Source: Squalus acanthias
Lineage: Eukaryota
Length of the DNA stretch: 64,000 nt
Direction: 5' to 3'
NCBI GenBank assembly: GCA_030390025.1
Contig: CM059433.1
Span: 30,816,001-30,880,000, forward strand
This document shows positions 12,839-26,481 of this stretch, in pieces. Within the stretch, counting starts at the first letter, position 1, and the number at the start of each line of letters is the position of its first letter. A model generated the notes under the pieces. That model did not search any database. It was not told the origin of the DNA and was given only the letters and a program-made list of their open reading frames with translations. The position numbers and the translations under genes were made by a program.

Positions 12839-15800
12839 ACCCCATTTAACTTTCTTCTGCCATAAAACCCCTCTCAATGGGGCAACTTTCTAAAGGAAAA
12901 TCCAAGCCTCGTTACAAAACCTTGCCCCATTGACTGTGAATTGATGGGTGGGGATATTTAAGCTGTACGGCTTACGTTAGAGGTGAGAAATTGCAGGGTT
13001 GAAGATCTGGTCTGCTTCCCCTTCCATCCTCAGTCTGAATGCTTCAGTAGTCATCTAACTGAGGAGCTCATCTTTGCACCTGGTGACATGCAAATAGCAC
13101 TGGCAGAAAATAAACTATGACAAATAAATCAATGTAGTAACCTTCACGTGTGCACCATGGCAGGCTTTTTACTTTGCAGACATTTTTGTATCTCAAAAAT
13201 ATTACTTTGGTAATGCAGAATAAGCCTGGGAGCTCCAAATGTGTTTATTCAGCGCATCTAAACTTTTCAGCAGATTGGTCAACCAGGAACACTACACTTG
13301 CATTTTTATCACTAATACTAGTTTCCTCCACATTCGTGCCCAGAGACACCCATAATCCAGGCACAAACCAATTATCCGGCTTAAAAGATTCTTTGGGCGT
13401 AAGTGAATTATCCACGTAACTATAATACGCCGAAGTTTCCTTGATCTTTTACATCTGTCCGTCAAACCCACCGTCCGAACGAATCTCCACCCAGAAAACT
13501 GGCCACACCCCGACTCTCAAAAATGAGTATCCTTCAATTGTGCTTGTTTGGTGGGTCTCTCAACATTGCGAGCAGATTTTCAGGTGAAGCAGGAAAGAAA
13601 GTCATTTTTCTGTTCGTTCAATTGCAATTTTTTGAGCGTTTAAAATTTTTTTATCCCCACCGAGACCTGCTCTGTATTTTCTGTTTCCTTTTTATGGCAG
13701 AAGCATAAGTCACATTATTAATTGAAAAGCTTCCCCCATTGTAGGTTGCTAACCGTGCTGTGCCTGAATGATGATTAAATGAGCTGAAAGTTAAATTTTC
13801 ATTCTTAAAGAAGAAATATACTGGTGTGGGATCGGCGCTTTCCTTGTTTACCCTGATTTACGCCAATATTAAGTTTGGGCGTATTCTATTGAGACTGGAA
13901 GGATACTTGGCCGTAACTTGACATCGATGACATTGGACGCATTCTGGGCTCTAACTTCCGAGTTGCGCCCACGGAGGAAACTTAAGGCCTACATGTTACA
14001 GGAATCCTCCCTGCTCAAACTATCTTGATCACAGCTAAAAGACCTGCACTACAGCCATCGTGAATATGTTCCACTCAGTCCTTGTGGAAAAACTGGTATT
14101 AGTTAATTGTCTGTTAGCGCAGTTTAAAGCCTAGAATTAAACATAGCTGCTGCCCACAAGCGGACTGCCAAGGCAACAACTAAACCTAAACCATGTAAAC
14201 AAGAACTCCAGACAACCTAGATTAAATATCGGTTCAAGAATGACAGTCAGTGTGGGTGTGGTATATGGCTGACTTTGAAACACTGTACGTGGAAATACAA
14301 GCAGCTGCCTTTCCACTGTGATGCAAGTCTGGCAATCATCAAGATCTCTGAACACAAAAGGCTGGATCAAACTGGCGATGCTCTATGAATGAATGCAGAT
14401 AAATGTAACGTTACGCACTTCGGAACTGGAAATACAAAGCACCCATCTGCGATGAGAAAGGAATAAATGAGGTCTGATTATTGACCATTCAATATCCAGT
14501 CAATGTGTAGCTGTTACCAACAAGGCGGATATTGAGGACGGTTTCCGAAAGGGTTAACTTTATGGACTCATGCTTCCAAGGTGGAGCTTTGCCAATTGGA
14601 ATCATGGGGAGCACTCGCCCAAATTGTCTGTCAGTTTGAGAGGATGACATTTATCCTTTATAAGCCAAAACATATTATGTTGATCTTGTATAAATCACCA
14701 GTGAGGACCCATTAAGGAACACTGGGGCAGAATTTAGGTACCTGACATTCAAAAGTACATCAAGTTACTGGAGATGGTTGAGAGAGGAGTGACAGGGGTG
14801 GTTATAGGATGTAGAGCTATCAGGCAATAGGAATTCACAAGTTTTTGTTGCCAGACCTTTGTAGGAACAGGTTAAAAAAAGTAGGATTGAAAATTTAAAT
14901 CAAAATGAAGCCAATCTGCATTGATCGGTTTTGAGTTAGTACAGATATCTCTCTCAGAGTTGGGTACAGCCTATCTCTGGTCATATAATGTGTACTAGAA
15001 GAATTGCCAACGTATGAAGACTTTCAGTTAACACACCAGAAAGCGAGCAATTAATTCACATGGGGCACATGTCAATACTCTATAAATTGCGTTTTGTAGT
15101 TACAATTGATTTGGATCTCAAACTTTATCAGATTGGAGGTGGAGAACAAATGCTCCTCACCTTGGCTCTCAACACGAGCAGGCTCCCTTGAGCTGACACT
15201 TGACTTACACAATGAAAGTATCACAAAAGCATTCATAGGGCTTGCTAGGCAAGTCACGGCAGAGTTCCAATCCAATTCATCACCTTTGACTTCAATACAC
15301 AATCTGCAGTTAATGAGGAATGCGAAAACAATTGATTGCAATGTTTTGTCAAATGATATTATTCTCACTCCTCTATCACACACCATTACCCAGAAAAGAA
15401 AATAGACAATAAACTGGCGATAGTTATTTTGCTTATGGAGGTACCCAAGAGCAACCTGGGTAGGCCATTCAGCCCCTTGAGCCTCTTCCGCCATTCAATT
15501 AGATCATGGCTGATCTGTATCTTAACTCCATCGACCCACCTTGGTTCTGTAGCTCACCTCCATCTGCCTCTGACTCTGGGAGCTTGTCTGAGAATAGGAC
15601 CTCAGTGTGTTGAAAAACCTCAGCCAAAAATCCTTAATCTGACCAGGCTGCTCAGTGTATTTTTTTTTTTTTAAATCCCTATATAAGCAATTTGGGAGTT
15701 TTAAAATGACTGATTCAGTTACCTTTACAAGAAAATTATGCTTGGAAATACTATACTCAGCTGGACAGTGACATCTGCCAAAGGAGATTTTATTTTTCTT

Positions 15801-16245
15801 CTTGTCGAGTTAGTGGTTGTGGACAAAAAAAAATTGAATGTTGCAGAGTCTGCAGAAAAATCAATAAAATAACAAATGACAAAAAGGCTGCAGCTGACAG
15901 AACAATCTGGGGATTGAGGCCAATATAAAGGCCTGTGATAGAAAAGACAAATAATCTGATTTACTGCAAGGTTAGAGAGGGTAATCCATAAATATAAAAA
16001 AAAGGAAATATTACTATCAATACAAATACAGTAGGACTGGCACAAGACATGCCAGTTAATGGGTCTCTTGTTAATGGGAGCACTAAGGAGGCTCAGTGGC
16101 AGACTGGTTCCTCCCATTGCTTTTTCACTTCTGTAACCTGGCTTGGAATCAGACCAAGACTAATTAGATGGACGTATCCCGTCTCTCCCAGCTATCCTAC
16201 TTGAAATGACTTTGAATGGTTTCAACTTGGTTAGAAAGAAAGTAT

Positions 16246-16790
16246 GGGCTAGATTTTCGGTGCATTTGCACCTCTCGTTAGCACAAACGACTTTTCGCCT
16301 GTGCCCGGCGCCGCTAATGATTCCTGCTAAATTCAGCGGGAGTTTAGCGGCGGCGGTAACCGATAGCACCCCGCTCCGCTGCGCAGGCAATGACAATGTC
16401 ATCACCGTGCACAGCGCCCCGTTTTTGCCCCGCCTGCAAAATTGTCCCGCTCCCCCTGAATCTGCGTCGGGCGATGACAGTGACCGATTCAGGGGACGGG
16501 AATGGAGCAGCGGGAGGCTTGCGGGGCGGTAAGTAAAGGGGAGGCGGCGGGCGGGGGAAAAATAAATCGGCCGACTTACTTGTCCAGGTAGGGCCCCGCA
16601 GTTTTGTAGGCTTGAGCCCTCCTTCCATGTGGCAGCGCTACGTGGCCCAGTGCGTAGCGCTGCAGAACGCACCGCCCCGATATTCGGGGTTAGCGCTCTA
16701 AAAAGGAAGTGGAGCGCTTGAATTAGCGCTCCACCTCCCTCTTGGGGCGCTAAAACTGAAGTTAGTGATTGCCAGTGCTATTTTTCGCTA
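16246..16790. mobile_element. GC-rich Harbinger-type MITE, right end unclear
   Basis: Starts GGGCTAGATTTTC and shares GGAAGTGGAGCGCTTGA(A/T)TTAGCGCTCCAC with the MITE at 18359-19115. Confidence 0.55.
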
Positions 16791-17984
16791 TTAACTTCAG
16801 GACATGGCAAAGCGCTTTACAGGCAATGAAGTGTTTTTTGAAGCACAGTCACTGTTGTGGTGTAGGAAATGGGGCAGCCAATTTGCGCACAGCAAGCTCC
16901 CACAGACAGGAGTGAATCCAACCGCATAAAGCTACCCAACTTTGGAATAAGGTGGGCACTCTCCCTCAGAGAAACTATGAGGATAGTTAATGAGAGAAAT
17001 ACAAAGGCACAGGCTCTTAGTACTAGAGAATGAAACACTTTGGCCTTTCAGGCCACCCAGTTTCAGCATCGATCAACCTTAGAACAGTTACAGCACAGCC
17101 AACTGTAGAGTAACACGCCCTCTACCCTGTCCCACAAACATGCCTATGCTTCAGCCTCAGAAGTGCTTCCACTTCTGTATCGACAGTTCTTTTTCCTTGT
17201 GATCTTTCAAGTGCAAATTCAGTGCGACTGCACTCCAATAATGGAGCCCTTGCTAAATGGGAACACAAGTCGGAGATGGAGCTATAACCTAATTCGTCTA
17301 GTGGGACACTGCTCTGCAATATAGCAGCCTCACTGAATTTTCTCATTAGTCAATTTAGTGCAAATTTAGGGGCAGTTTTTGCTGTGGGAATCTCCCAGCA
17401 AAGAAATACTTTTACCCCATCAATCTGAGGTGGATTTGAAATCTGTTCCCAGAGGTGAAAGGTCTGTCTTCTGACTCCCTGCACCTATTGGTTACTCCCT
17501 ATGAAACTTCTAAGAAGTAATTTGGAACGTAAATCAGAGCAACATTAAAATAAACCAAAGAGTACACAGAAATTTCACTTTCTAGCATTCATTACGTGAT
17601 ACACTTTGCTTTAATAACATTGCTTATTACTTGGAGGCTGATTATGATGGCAGAAATGGCTGATGCTCCTATGTGTATTATGTGCAGTAGAATCATAAAC
17701 CTGTTCAGAAGCAACAGCTTTATAATGTTGCTACATGTAATACATGAGGGAGGCCTTCCACCAGCGCCTCAGCAGGAATTAAAACACTCCAGGGCCAATT
17801 CTCTGAATGCCCACTGTCAGTAAATCATGGGCAGACTCCCTATGATGTACACTCCTGATGGGGGATGCGTTCTGCTGTGCACACACAATTGGAAATTGGC
17901 CCTAGCATTTTATATTCATATCACTACTTCCACACATGAGCACAATAACCTTAGTTCACATTATTTTAGTTTTGAAAACATATT

Positions 17985-18358
17985 GGGGTTAAATCTAGGC
18001 TGACACTACCAGTGCAGTACTGAGGGAGTGCTGCGCTGTCGGAGGTGCCGTCTTTCGGATGAGATGTTAAACCGAGGCCCCGTTTGCTCTTTAAGGTGGA
18101 CGCAAAAGATCCCATGACACTATATGAAGAAGAGCAAGGGAGTTCTCCCCAGTGTCCTGGCCAATCTCTATCCCGCAATCAACATCACTAAAACAGATTA
18201 TCTGGTCATTGCCGCGTTGCTGTTTGTGGGATCTTGCTGTCCGCAAATTGGCTCCCTCGTTTCCTACGTTACAATATAGACCACACTTCAAAAGTACTTC
18301 ATTGGATGTCAGCACTTTGGGACGTCCTGAGGTCGTGAAAGGCTCTATAGAAATGCAA
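17985..18358 (+). mobile_element. SacSINE1/AmnSINE1-type Deu-domain SINE, 5'-truncated; tail continues at 19116-19132
   Basis: Deu-domain sequence GCAGTACTGAGGGAGTGCTGC...GGTGGACG(C/T)AAAAGATCCCATG...GCAAATTGGCT and L2-type tail AAATGCAAG. Confidence 0.85.
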
Positions 18359-19115
18359 GGGGGAGAAATTCCCCTCCTTTGCGCCTCCCGTGGGGGGCGC
18401 TAACGGGACGCAAAGGCCTTTTCGCCTGAACGCAGCACTGACCGCGCCTCCCGCCAAATTCCACGGGAGGTTAGCGGTGGCGCTACTGGGTTGCGCCCCG
18501 ATCTCATGCACCCGGAGATCGTGACGTCATCTCCAGGCGCATCGCCCCGGTAGCGGCCCGGCAGAAAAATTGGACTTCGCCCCCTGCAGCAGCGCCGGGC
18601 GATGGCAGCGACTGCTGCAGGGGACGCGAGCAGGGCGGCCGGCCGCTAGCGGGGCGGAAGTTAAAGGTGAGGCGGCCGGCCACCCTGAAAAAAATGTCGG
18701 CATTTTTGAAAAATTTTTGTTTGCTCCGGATGCGGGGTTCGTGCCGTGATCGGTCAGCCCGACACTCTGCTTGAGTGCCGGGCTGCTCCCGGTGCTGCAG
18801 GTAAGTTAAAAAATACTGCAGAGTTTGCAGCGTGGGGCCCTTCCCTTTAATTCAGGGAAGAGCCCCTGCAACACGTCAGCGCCACGCGGTCCAGTGCGTG
18901 GCGCTGCTGAGCCGTGCGCCCCGGGTCGCAAACCTCCCCCCCCGCCCCCTTGCGCTCCAAGAAGGAAGTGGAGCGCTTGATTTAGCGCTCCACTTCCCTC
19001 TTGGAGCAAAAAGTGGGAATGTTAGAAATGCTGGAAGAGGTTAGTGCCTGGCGCTAACTTTTCCAGCTTTTCTGATTTAGCGCCCCAAACGGGGCTCGAG
19101 GGGAATTTCTAGCCC
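18359..19115. mobile_element. Harbinger-type MITE (757 bp) inserted in a SINE tail
   Basis: TIRs GGGGGAGAAATTCCCCTC / GAGGGGAATTTCTAGCCC; TSD CAA (18356-18358, 19116-19118). Removing it restores the SINE end AAATGCAAGTCGTTCTTTCT. Confidence 0.85.
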
Positions 19116-19339
19116 CAAGTCGTTCTTTCTTTTAATTGGGGAACACCCATTTTTGGGCCTTCCTCCTCCTGCCGTAACGTTATACCCCCACGCACAAATG
19201 GTGAGGTCTGAGGAGCCCCGGGTATTTGGCCTCGGACCTCATCATAATGAAGACAGTGGAGGAGGAGGTAGGTGCTCCAGGTTTGCAGCAGACACCTGAA
19301 CCAGGCGTTAGGCTCCTTATTTACATGTGCATATATATG

Positions 19340-19740
19340 CACTTGCATTTATATCGCGCCTTTCATTATCACGTTATAAAGCACTTTATAGCCAATTAGG
19401 TACATTTGAAGTGTAGTCACTGTTGTAATGTAGGAAACGCGGCAGCCAATTTGCACACAGCAAGATCCCACAAACAGCAATGTGATAATGACCAGATCAT
19501 CTGTCTTAATGATGTTGGTTGAGGGATAAATGTTGGCTAGGAAACCTTGCAGCATTCCCCTGCTATTCCTCAAAATAGTGCCATGGGCTCTTTTACGTCC
19601 ACCTGAGAGGCCAGACGGGACCTCGGTTTAACATCTCAGCCAAAAGACGGCACCTCTGACTGTGCAGCCCTCCCTCAGTACTGCACTGGAGTGTCGGCCT
19701 AGATTATGTGTTCAAGTCCCGGGATGGGTTTTGAACCCTC
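19340..19740 (-). mobile_element. SacSINE1-type Deu SINE
   Basis: Reverse complement of the Deu domain and tail; its 5' head runs into the hAT MITE at 19749. Confidence 0.85.
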
Positions 19741-19748
19741 ATCATGCC

Positions 19749-19913
19749 CAATGTTGCCTGTAATTTTTTTTTCGGGCCTCACGGCCCCTTTCAGGAGCTG
19801 CGCAGCCCATTCAAAATACCGCGCATGCACATTTTTTCTATTGAAAAGCCGGAAAGCTGGCTGCGCAGGACCCCTGGAGCACTTTGCGGCCGCACAGCTT
19901 ACAGGGAACATTG
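19749..19913. mobile_element. ~163-bp hAT-type MITE, copy 1
   Basis: TIRs CAATGTTGCCTGTAA / TTACAGGGAACATTG; 8-bp TSD ATCATGCC / ATCATGGC. Confidence 0.8.
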
Positions 19914-20575
19914 ATCATGGCCCGTGTCTCCTCCCTGTCTATAGCCATTTCATGTCTCCATATAATGGTTAGAGGAGAGGTGCAGAGTATGACAGAGCTC
20001 CATGTTTGAACAGTATTCTCTGATTCTCTCTTCAGGCGATCAAGAATAGGAGGAGCACAGCAATATTTTATCAACATATATTTTAGGGGTGCAGGAGCGA
20101 GGGCAGGAAAGGGGGCAGTCATTGTGACAAGTAGTGCCTGCATACAACACCTGGGTGTCAAGGGCTTGCAGGTATTCATTAACGCAAGCTCTGCCAAGCA
20201 GGATAGCATAACTGATTCCAGTATTAAAGGAGAGTAAACTGGTCAATCTGGGAAAATGTTACAAAGAAACTAATTATTTTCAAACTACTCTGAAGGAGAG
20301 ACTAGAGAAGCTGGGGTTGTTCTTCTTCAAGCAGAGAAGATTAAGGGAAGATGTAATTGAGAGGTTCAAAATCATGACGGGTTTTGAAAGAGTAAATAAT
20401 GAGAAACTGTTTCCACTGGCAGGAGGGTCGGTAAGTAGAGGCCCGCAGCTCAATGCTCTTATGGTAAACAGGCCCGCGGACCAACTTAGGACGGTGATTG
20501 CGCCTAGCCTCCGTTCTAGCGCGCCTGCGCTGCACGATGCCCGGTGAGAGGTTGTATCTCATCGTTCCACCCAGA

Positions 20576-21148
20576 ACATAAGAACATAAGAAATAGGAGC
20601 AGGAGTCGGCCCTTTGGCTCCTTGGGCCTGCTCTGCCATTCAATAAGATCATGGCTGATCTTCGACCTCAACTCCACTTTCCCGCCAGATCCCCATATCC
20701 CTTGCTTCCCTTAATATCCAAAAATCTATCAATCTCAGTCTTGAATATACTCAACAAATGAGCATCCACAGCCCTCTGGAGTGGAGAATTCCAAAGATTC
20801 ACAACCCTTTGAATGAAGAAATTTCTCCTCATCTCAGTCCTAAATGGCCGACCCTTTATTCTGACACTGTGACCCCAAGTTCTAGACTCCGCGGCTAGGG
20901 GAGACATCCTCCCAGCATCTACCCTGTCAAGCCCTCTAAGAATTTTATACGTTTCAATGAGATCACCTCTCATTCTTCTATACTCCACAGTCTATAGGCC
21001 CAATCTACTCAATCTCTCCTCAGAGGAGAACCCTCTCATCCCAGGAATCAATCTAGTGAACTTTTGTTGCAGCCCCTCTAAGGCAAGTATATCTTTCCTT
21101 AGGTAAGGAAACCAAAACTGTATACAGTACTCAAGGTGTGGTCTCACC
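20576..21148 (-). mobile_element. CR1 LINE 3' end
   Basis: LVRPHLEYCIQFW...RMRGDLIETYKIL...GKWS and (ACATAAGA)n tail. It begins about 140 nt downstream of the EYS exon donor. Confidence 0.9.
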
Positions 21149-21288
21149 AAAGTCCTATAACATCCCTCTCTTTCTCTTGCCCTCCCCCACCCTCCCACCG
21201 CGCCCATCCCAAAATAAAACTTGCATTGCTTTCGAACAAATTTAAGTCAGCATGAAAAAAAATGCTACTTGACTGGAGTTTCACTGAC

Positions 21289-21488
21289 CTGCAACTGAAG
21301 TTTGTGCCTGGCCCATCCAGGCATGTTCCTCCATTGAGGCAATGGCTGAAGCTCTGTGCATCGTCTTTACAAACATCGAGGTCAGCTTGGCAGTTCTCAC
21401 CACCGTATCCGTCTGGACAAATGCACATGTAGGCATCAACTAAATCCTGACACATTCCACCATATAAACAAGGACCAGAGCTGCACTC
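21289..21488 (-). CDS. EYS: Internal coding exon (200 nt, phase 0 to phase 2) of an EGF-repeat protein, likely eyes shut homolog
   Basis: Polypyrimidine tract ...TTTATCTTCTTCTAG|GAG and donor TGCAG|GTCAGT. Encodes ECSSGPCLYGGMCQDLVDAYMCICPDGYGGENCQADLDVCKDDAQSFSHCLNGGTCLDGPGTNFSCR. The long C1-C2 spacer plus CLNGGxCxDGPGxxFxCR resembles human EYS (recalled as CAEPELNSVICLNGGICVDGPGHTFDCR). Size and phase fit my recollection of EYS exon 22. Confidence 0.85.
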
Positions 21489-22092
21489 CTAGAAGAAGAT
21501 AAAGAATCAAACAGAAGACAACAAAAAAAATTGTTACTTTCAAGTTTCGTGTTCGACCCGAATGCTACTTTCCAAAAGGAGACTAAACATTCAGTTTCCT
21601 GGCCCGCTGAGTATTTTACAGCATTTTCTGTTTTTTATTTCCGATTTCCAGCATCCACAGTATTTTGCTTTTGTATAATATGAATGTATTGGGTACCAAA
21701 ATCAAATCAAATGCAATCTTGCTTTGGGAAGTGATATAGAAAGCATTGTCAAGCCCATTGGCATACAAAATATTTCATATGGAGGCACTGGTACTGAACT
21801 AAAAACAATGAACAGTGATATGTTGTCAAGCCAACACAATTCGGATTTTACATCAGAGGATTTGCTGCTTTTGATAGTGATATTGATGCAGTGTATTAAC
21901 ATTTTTCATAGTCCTTTACTCCAAAGAGAAATTTATGCAAAGGTTACTTGGTTGACGCTAATACGTCACGTTGTAATACCTCAACACACATGGGCTACCT
22001 AACACGGAGCCATTTTTCCTCCGATGTCGGATGTTGACGGACGATTTGCGGCAGACTTTTCATACTACAACCTTTTGAAATTGAGCTGATAT

Positions 22093-22261
22093 GGGGATAA
22101 TTTTAACCAGACCTGCCCATCAGGCAACTGACGGGATCGGGTGCAACGCTGGTTTTTCACCCCATTGAAGTCGATGGAGAGCAATATTGGGCGGGCGTAA
22201 AACCGGGGTTCCACCCGATTCCGTGGGATTCCCAGCTGATGAGTAAGGTTAAAATGACCCC
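22093..22261. mobile_element. Short palindromic MITE
   Basis: Ends GGGGATAATTTTAACC / GGTTAAAATGACCCC with further internal inverted arms (ACGGGATCGGGTGCAAC / GTTCCACCCGATTCCGT). Confidence 0.65.
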
Positions 22262-23423
22262 ACAGGAGGGCCGAGTTCCATGTACACGCAGGAGAACTGT
22301 TGAAATCAATGGACAGGCTATCTCAGCCAGTGGTTTTCTGAGATTCTGAGCTTAAAAATCTACCGCTGAAAATTCTAGCCCATTTGTGTAATGTTGGAAT
22401 CACAGTTTATGTACATAAGCATTATAATTAGGGGCTGTACTGTACTTCAGACCTCTTATTATCATAGAGTCACAGCGTGCAGAAGGAGGCCATTCGGTCC
22501 ATCATGCCTGTGTCGGCTCTTTGAAAGAGCTTTTCAATTAGTCCCACTCCCCTACTCTTTCCCCATAGCCTTGCAAATTTTTCCTTATCAAGCATATATC
22601 CAATTCCTTTTTGAAAGTTACTATTGAATCTGCTCCCCTTTCAGGCAGTGCATTCCAAATCATAATTATCTCCCCGTGTAGTTTATACTCATCTTTAAAT
22701 CAGGCAAACTTTAACAAGATATTAAAGAGAGATTTTCCCAGTTAATATTGGAGATGTCCCCATTTGACATAGGAAAATGAGACTGGTTCCTATACAGGTG
22801 TGCACCCTAACCCGCCTGATTTCCCGGAATCCGCTACGCCTAGGCAATCCAGCCTATCCGGACAAACACCCAGGAAACCTTTCCCACTTCTCACATTTTA
22901 AAAAATATGTTTGAAAGGGTTTCCTTGGATGAGTTGAGTTGGGAAATTTCCTGCTCAATTTGGAACCGAGCTGTACAGATCTAGAAGAACTCATGCTTGT
23001 TACAAAGATTCAGATAGCCTCCGCCAGTCTGGTAGCGCAGTTATTACTTTTTGTCTCAGTACCTTGTAGGCTAGGGAAGTGATTGGGTTCACGATCGCTG
23101 TCCAGTGTCTCCAGTATGAACAGGAAAAGGGGATTGAATTTGTGCTCAGCTATGGTGTCCCTCACACAAAATAGCCTCTAAGGTTCACACATGAAGAACA
23201 ACCAATTAGGTAAGGTGCCAGAGGGTGCCCAGAGCCCAATGAACCACAGGCATGTTTCACGAGAGCTGGTTGGGAAATTACAGACCAGCGGGCTCCTATT
23301 TTGAAAAGAAAGGTGCAAGTAAGAAATAAATAAGAAAGAAAAAAGAAAGAAAGAAGGAAAGAAGGAAGGAATGAAGGAAGAAAAAAGAAGAACAAACGAA
23401 AGAACAAAAAAAAGAAACAAAAG

Positions 23424-23643
23424 AACTTGCATTTATGTCGTGCCTTTCACAACTTCAAGATGTCCCAAAGCATTTTACAGCCAATGAAGCACTTTTGAAG
23501 TGTAGTCACTGTTGTAATGTAGGAAATGCGGCAGCCAATCTGCGCACAGCAAGCTCCCACAAACAGCAATGCGATAATGACCAGATAATCAGTTTTTGTG
23601 ACGTTGGTTGAAGGATAAATATTGGCCAGGACACCAGGGAGAA
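23424..23643 (-). mobile_element. Deu SINE 3' half with a GAAA-rich tail expansion (23320-23423)
   Basis: ACTTGCATTTAT...GCAGCCAATCTGCGCACAGCAAGCTCCCACAAACAGCAATG...GGCCAGGACACCAGGGAGAA. Confidence 0.8.
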
Positions 23644-24651
23644 TGGCCGACTGAGTCGATATCGCCTGTTTTTATGCTATTGCCCAAAGTCAAAATTACC
23701 CGCTTTCTCACACTCATATGCGTCCACTTCCACGCTCCGCATTGCCGGAACTTTGGCGGAAGTTTGTCAGAAACCTGTAATCGGAGGTGGAGGGTGGGTA
23801 GTGAATTAAAGTTAGGCCGCTCAGGGGTGATGTCAGGAAGCACTTCTTTACACAAAGTGTAGTGGAAATCTGAAACTCTCTCCCCCAACAAGCTGTTGAG
23901 GCTGGGGGTCAATTGAAAAATAGATAGATTTTTGTTAGGCAAGGGTTTTAAGTGATATGGTGCAATGGTGGGTAGATGGATTTAAGGTACAGATCAGCCA
24001 TGATCTCATTGAGTGACGGAACAGGCTCGAGGGGTTGAATGGCCTACTCCTGTTCCTATGTTTGAATTTCCTCATAGCTTTAGCCTGTATAAATGGTGTT
24101 TCTGCGAATCTTCCGCCGGACTTAGAGTGGGAGGAGACCTGAGGAAATTTCCGGCGCATGAGCTGCTTGTGTTTTTTTTAGAATAGTGTGGAACTTTCAG
24201 TTACTTGATACACAACTGTATCTCTGTTTACATTCTTTTCACAAGAGGTTGGAAGGTTGAAGTAGAATTATTCAAGTATTGCAGTTATTTTAGTAGGAAA
24301 AGCAAATGTATATTTTCCGTGGGGAATTCTGTCAGAATGCCCTATTTTTTTTTAGTATTATGACTCCTAGCCTATGGAATTATTATAACATGCAATAGAA
24401 ACTGATTGAATTATGTATCCCACGTAAAATATAAAACGAGTTGACTTTGGAGGCTGCCAAATGTTTTATCCCAGAAGGTTGGTAATAACGGCTTGTGAAA
24501 GGTCAATATTTAAAGAGAAAAGAAAGTTTTTAATGATAAACAACTCATCATTTTTAATTGGTCCGGTGTTCCACATTCCTGTGAGTCTCAGATACTTACA
24601 ATGTTCGGGGAAAAAAAAGGGTGCTTGAGTCGAAGCAGAATGTCAGTGTTC

Positions 24652-24975
24652 CTGAGAGAGAGGAAGACAGAGAGAGACGGAGACAGAGAGCGAGAGAGAG
24701 AGCAAGAGAGAGAGGGAGAAAGAGACCGACAGAGAGAAAATGAGAGAGACAGAGAGTGAGACACACAAAGAGAGTGAGAGAGAGGGAGATAGAGACAGAC
24801 AGAGAGACAGAGAAAGTGAGAGACAGAGAGTGAGAGAGAGTGAGAGTGAGAGAGACAAAGAGAGCGAGAGAGATAAAGACAGAAAGACAGAGAGAAAGTG
24901 AGAGAGACTGAGTGGGAGAGAGTTAAAGAGATAGACAAAGAGAGCAAGTCAGAGAGAAAGACAGAGAGCGACAAA
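24652..24975. repeat. Degenerate (GA)n/(GACA)n microsatellite
   Basis: Purine-rich GAGA/GACA run; a similar run resumes at 28519-28752. Confidence 0.9.
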
Positions 24976-25304
24976 GGCCTAGAAATGCATTGGCCCCCAA
25001 AAACGGCCGCGGGGATCGTGATGCGCTGGCAACCCGCGCCCGTTCGGAGGACTGCAGGCAGCACGCGAACTTCGTGCTGCCTGCTCAATGCCATTAATGT
25101 GGCATTCAGCTCAGCGCTGAATGCGCTTCTGAGTGGCTGAACGCACAGCAGGGGGCCCAAGTTCGTGTGAGGCTAACACCAATTAAAGCTAGCCTGCACT
25201 TCTTAAAGGCAGTCTGCACCTCCTAAAGGGGAGGTGCATTCTTCCTGCAGCAGATCATTCAACTGCCTGAGGTAGACAGTAGAAAAAATCAATTAATGAT
25301 GGCA

Positions 25305-26243
25305 CATAAGAACATAAGAAATAGGAGCAGGAGTAGGCCATTCGGCCCCTCGAGCCTACCCCGCCATTTAATAAGATCATGGCTGATCTTCTACCTCAAC
25401 TCCACTTTCCTGCACTATCTCCATATCCCTTGATTCCCTTAATATCCAAAAATCTATCGATCTCTGTCTTAAATATATTCAACGACTGAGCCTCCACAAC
25501 CCTCTGGGGTAAAGAATTCCAAAGATTCACCACCCTCTGAGTAAAGAAATTTCTCCTCATCTCAGTCCTAAATGGCCGACCCCTTATTCTGAGACTGTGA
25601 CCCATGGTTCTAGACTCCCCAGCCAGGGGAAACATCCTCCCTGCATCTACCCTGTCAAGCCCTATAAGAATTTTGTAAGTTTCAATAAGATCACCTCTCA
25701 TTCTTCTGAACTCTAGAGAATATAGGCCTAGTTTACTCAATCTCTCCTCATAGGAAAATCCCCCCATCCCAGGAACCAGTCTGGTGAACCTATGTTGCAC
25801 TCCTTCTATGGCAAGTATATCCTTCCTTAGGTAAGGAGACCAAAACTGTGCACAATACTCCAGGTGTAGTCTCACCAGGGCCATCTATAATTGCAGTAGG
25901 ACGTCTTTACTCTTATACTCAAATCCTCTTGTAATAAAAGCCAACATATCATTTGCTTTCCTAATTGCTTGCTGTACCTGCATGTTAACTTTCAGTGATT
26001 CGTGTACAAGGAACCCAGGTCCCTCTGAACACCAACATTTCCCAATCTCTCACCATTTAAAAAATACTCTGCTTTTCTATTTTTCCTACCAAAGTGGATA
26101 ACTTCACATTTCTCCACATTATATTCCATTTGCCATGTTCTTGCCCACTCACTTAGCCTGTCTATATCCCCTTGAAGCCTCTTTGCATCCTCCTCACAAC
26201 TTACATTCCCACCTAGCTTTGTATCATCAGCAAACTTGGATAC
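25305..26243 (-). mobile_element. CR1 LINE 3' part
   Basis: VSKFADDTKLGG...WQMEYNVEKCEV and ORF 25396..25884; (ACATAAGA)n tail at 25304-25320. Confidence 0.92.
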
Positions 26244-26481
26244 ACCATAAAGCATCCCTATAATGACCAAGCCGTTTCTTTCACACTGACCCCCATTGCT
26301 GGAGGTAACGTTATGTCTCACCATTCACTCCAACTCACTAAGCCACTTCCAAAGTAGGAGACAAAATTGGGCATGACCGGTGAAAATAAATAGTTTTATA
26401 TGTGACATAAGAGTAACGGAACCTTAACAGAAACATTTCTTTAAACACCCATGTGCTTACCCTTGCGTATCAATTTCTGTG

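Noticed and set aside
21144..21455. 103-aa ORF as a standalone small EGF protein
   Set aside because: EGF similarity starts upstream of the listed start and ends at the GT donor (21288). The rest is intron read-through.
24588..25160. 190-aa Ser/Leu-rich ORF and similar ORFs at 23162-23432 and 28475-28765
   Set aside because: These are translations of GA/CT-rich microsatellites.
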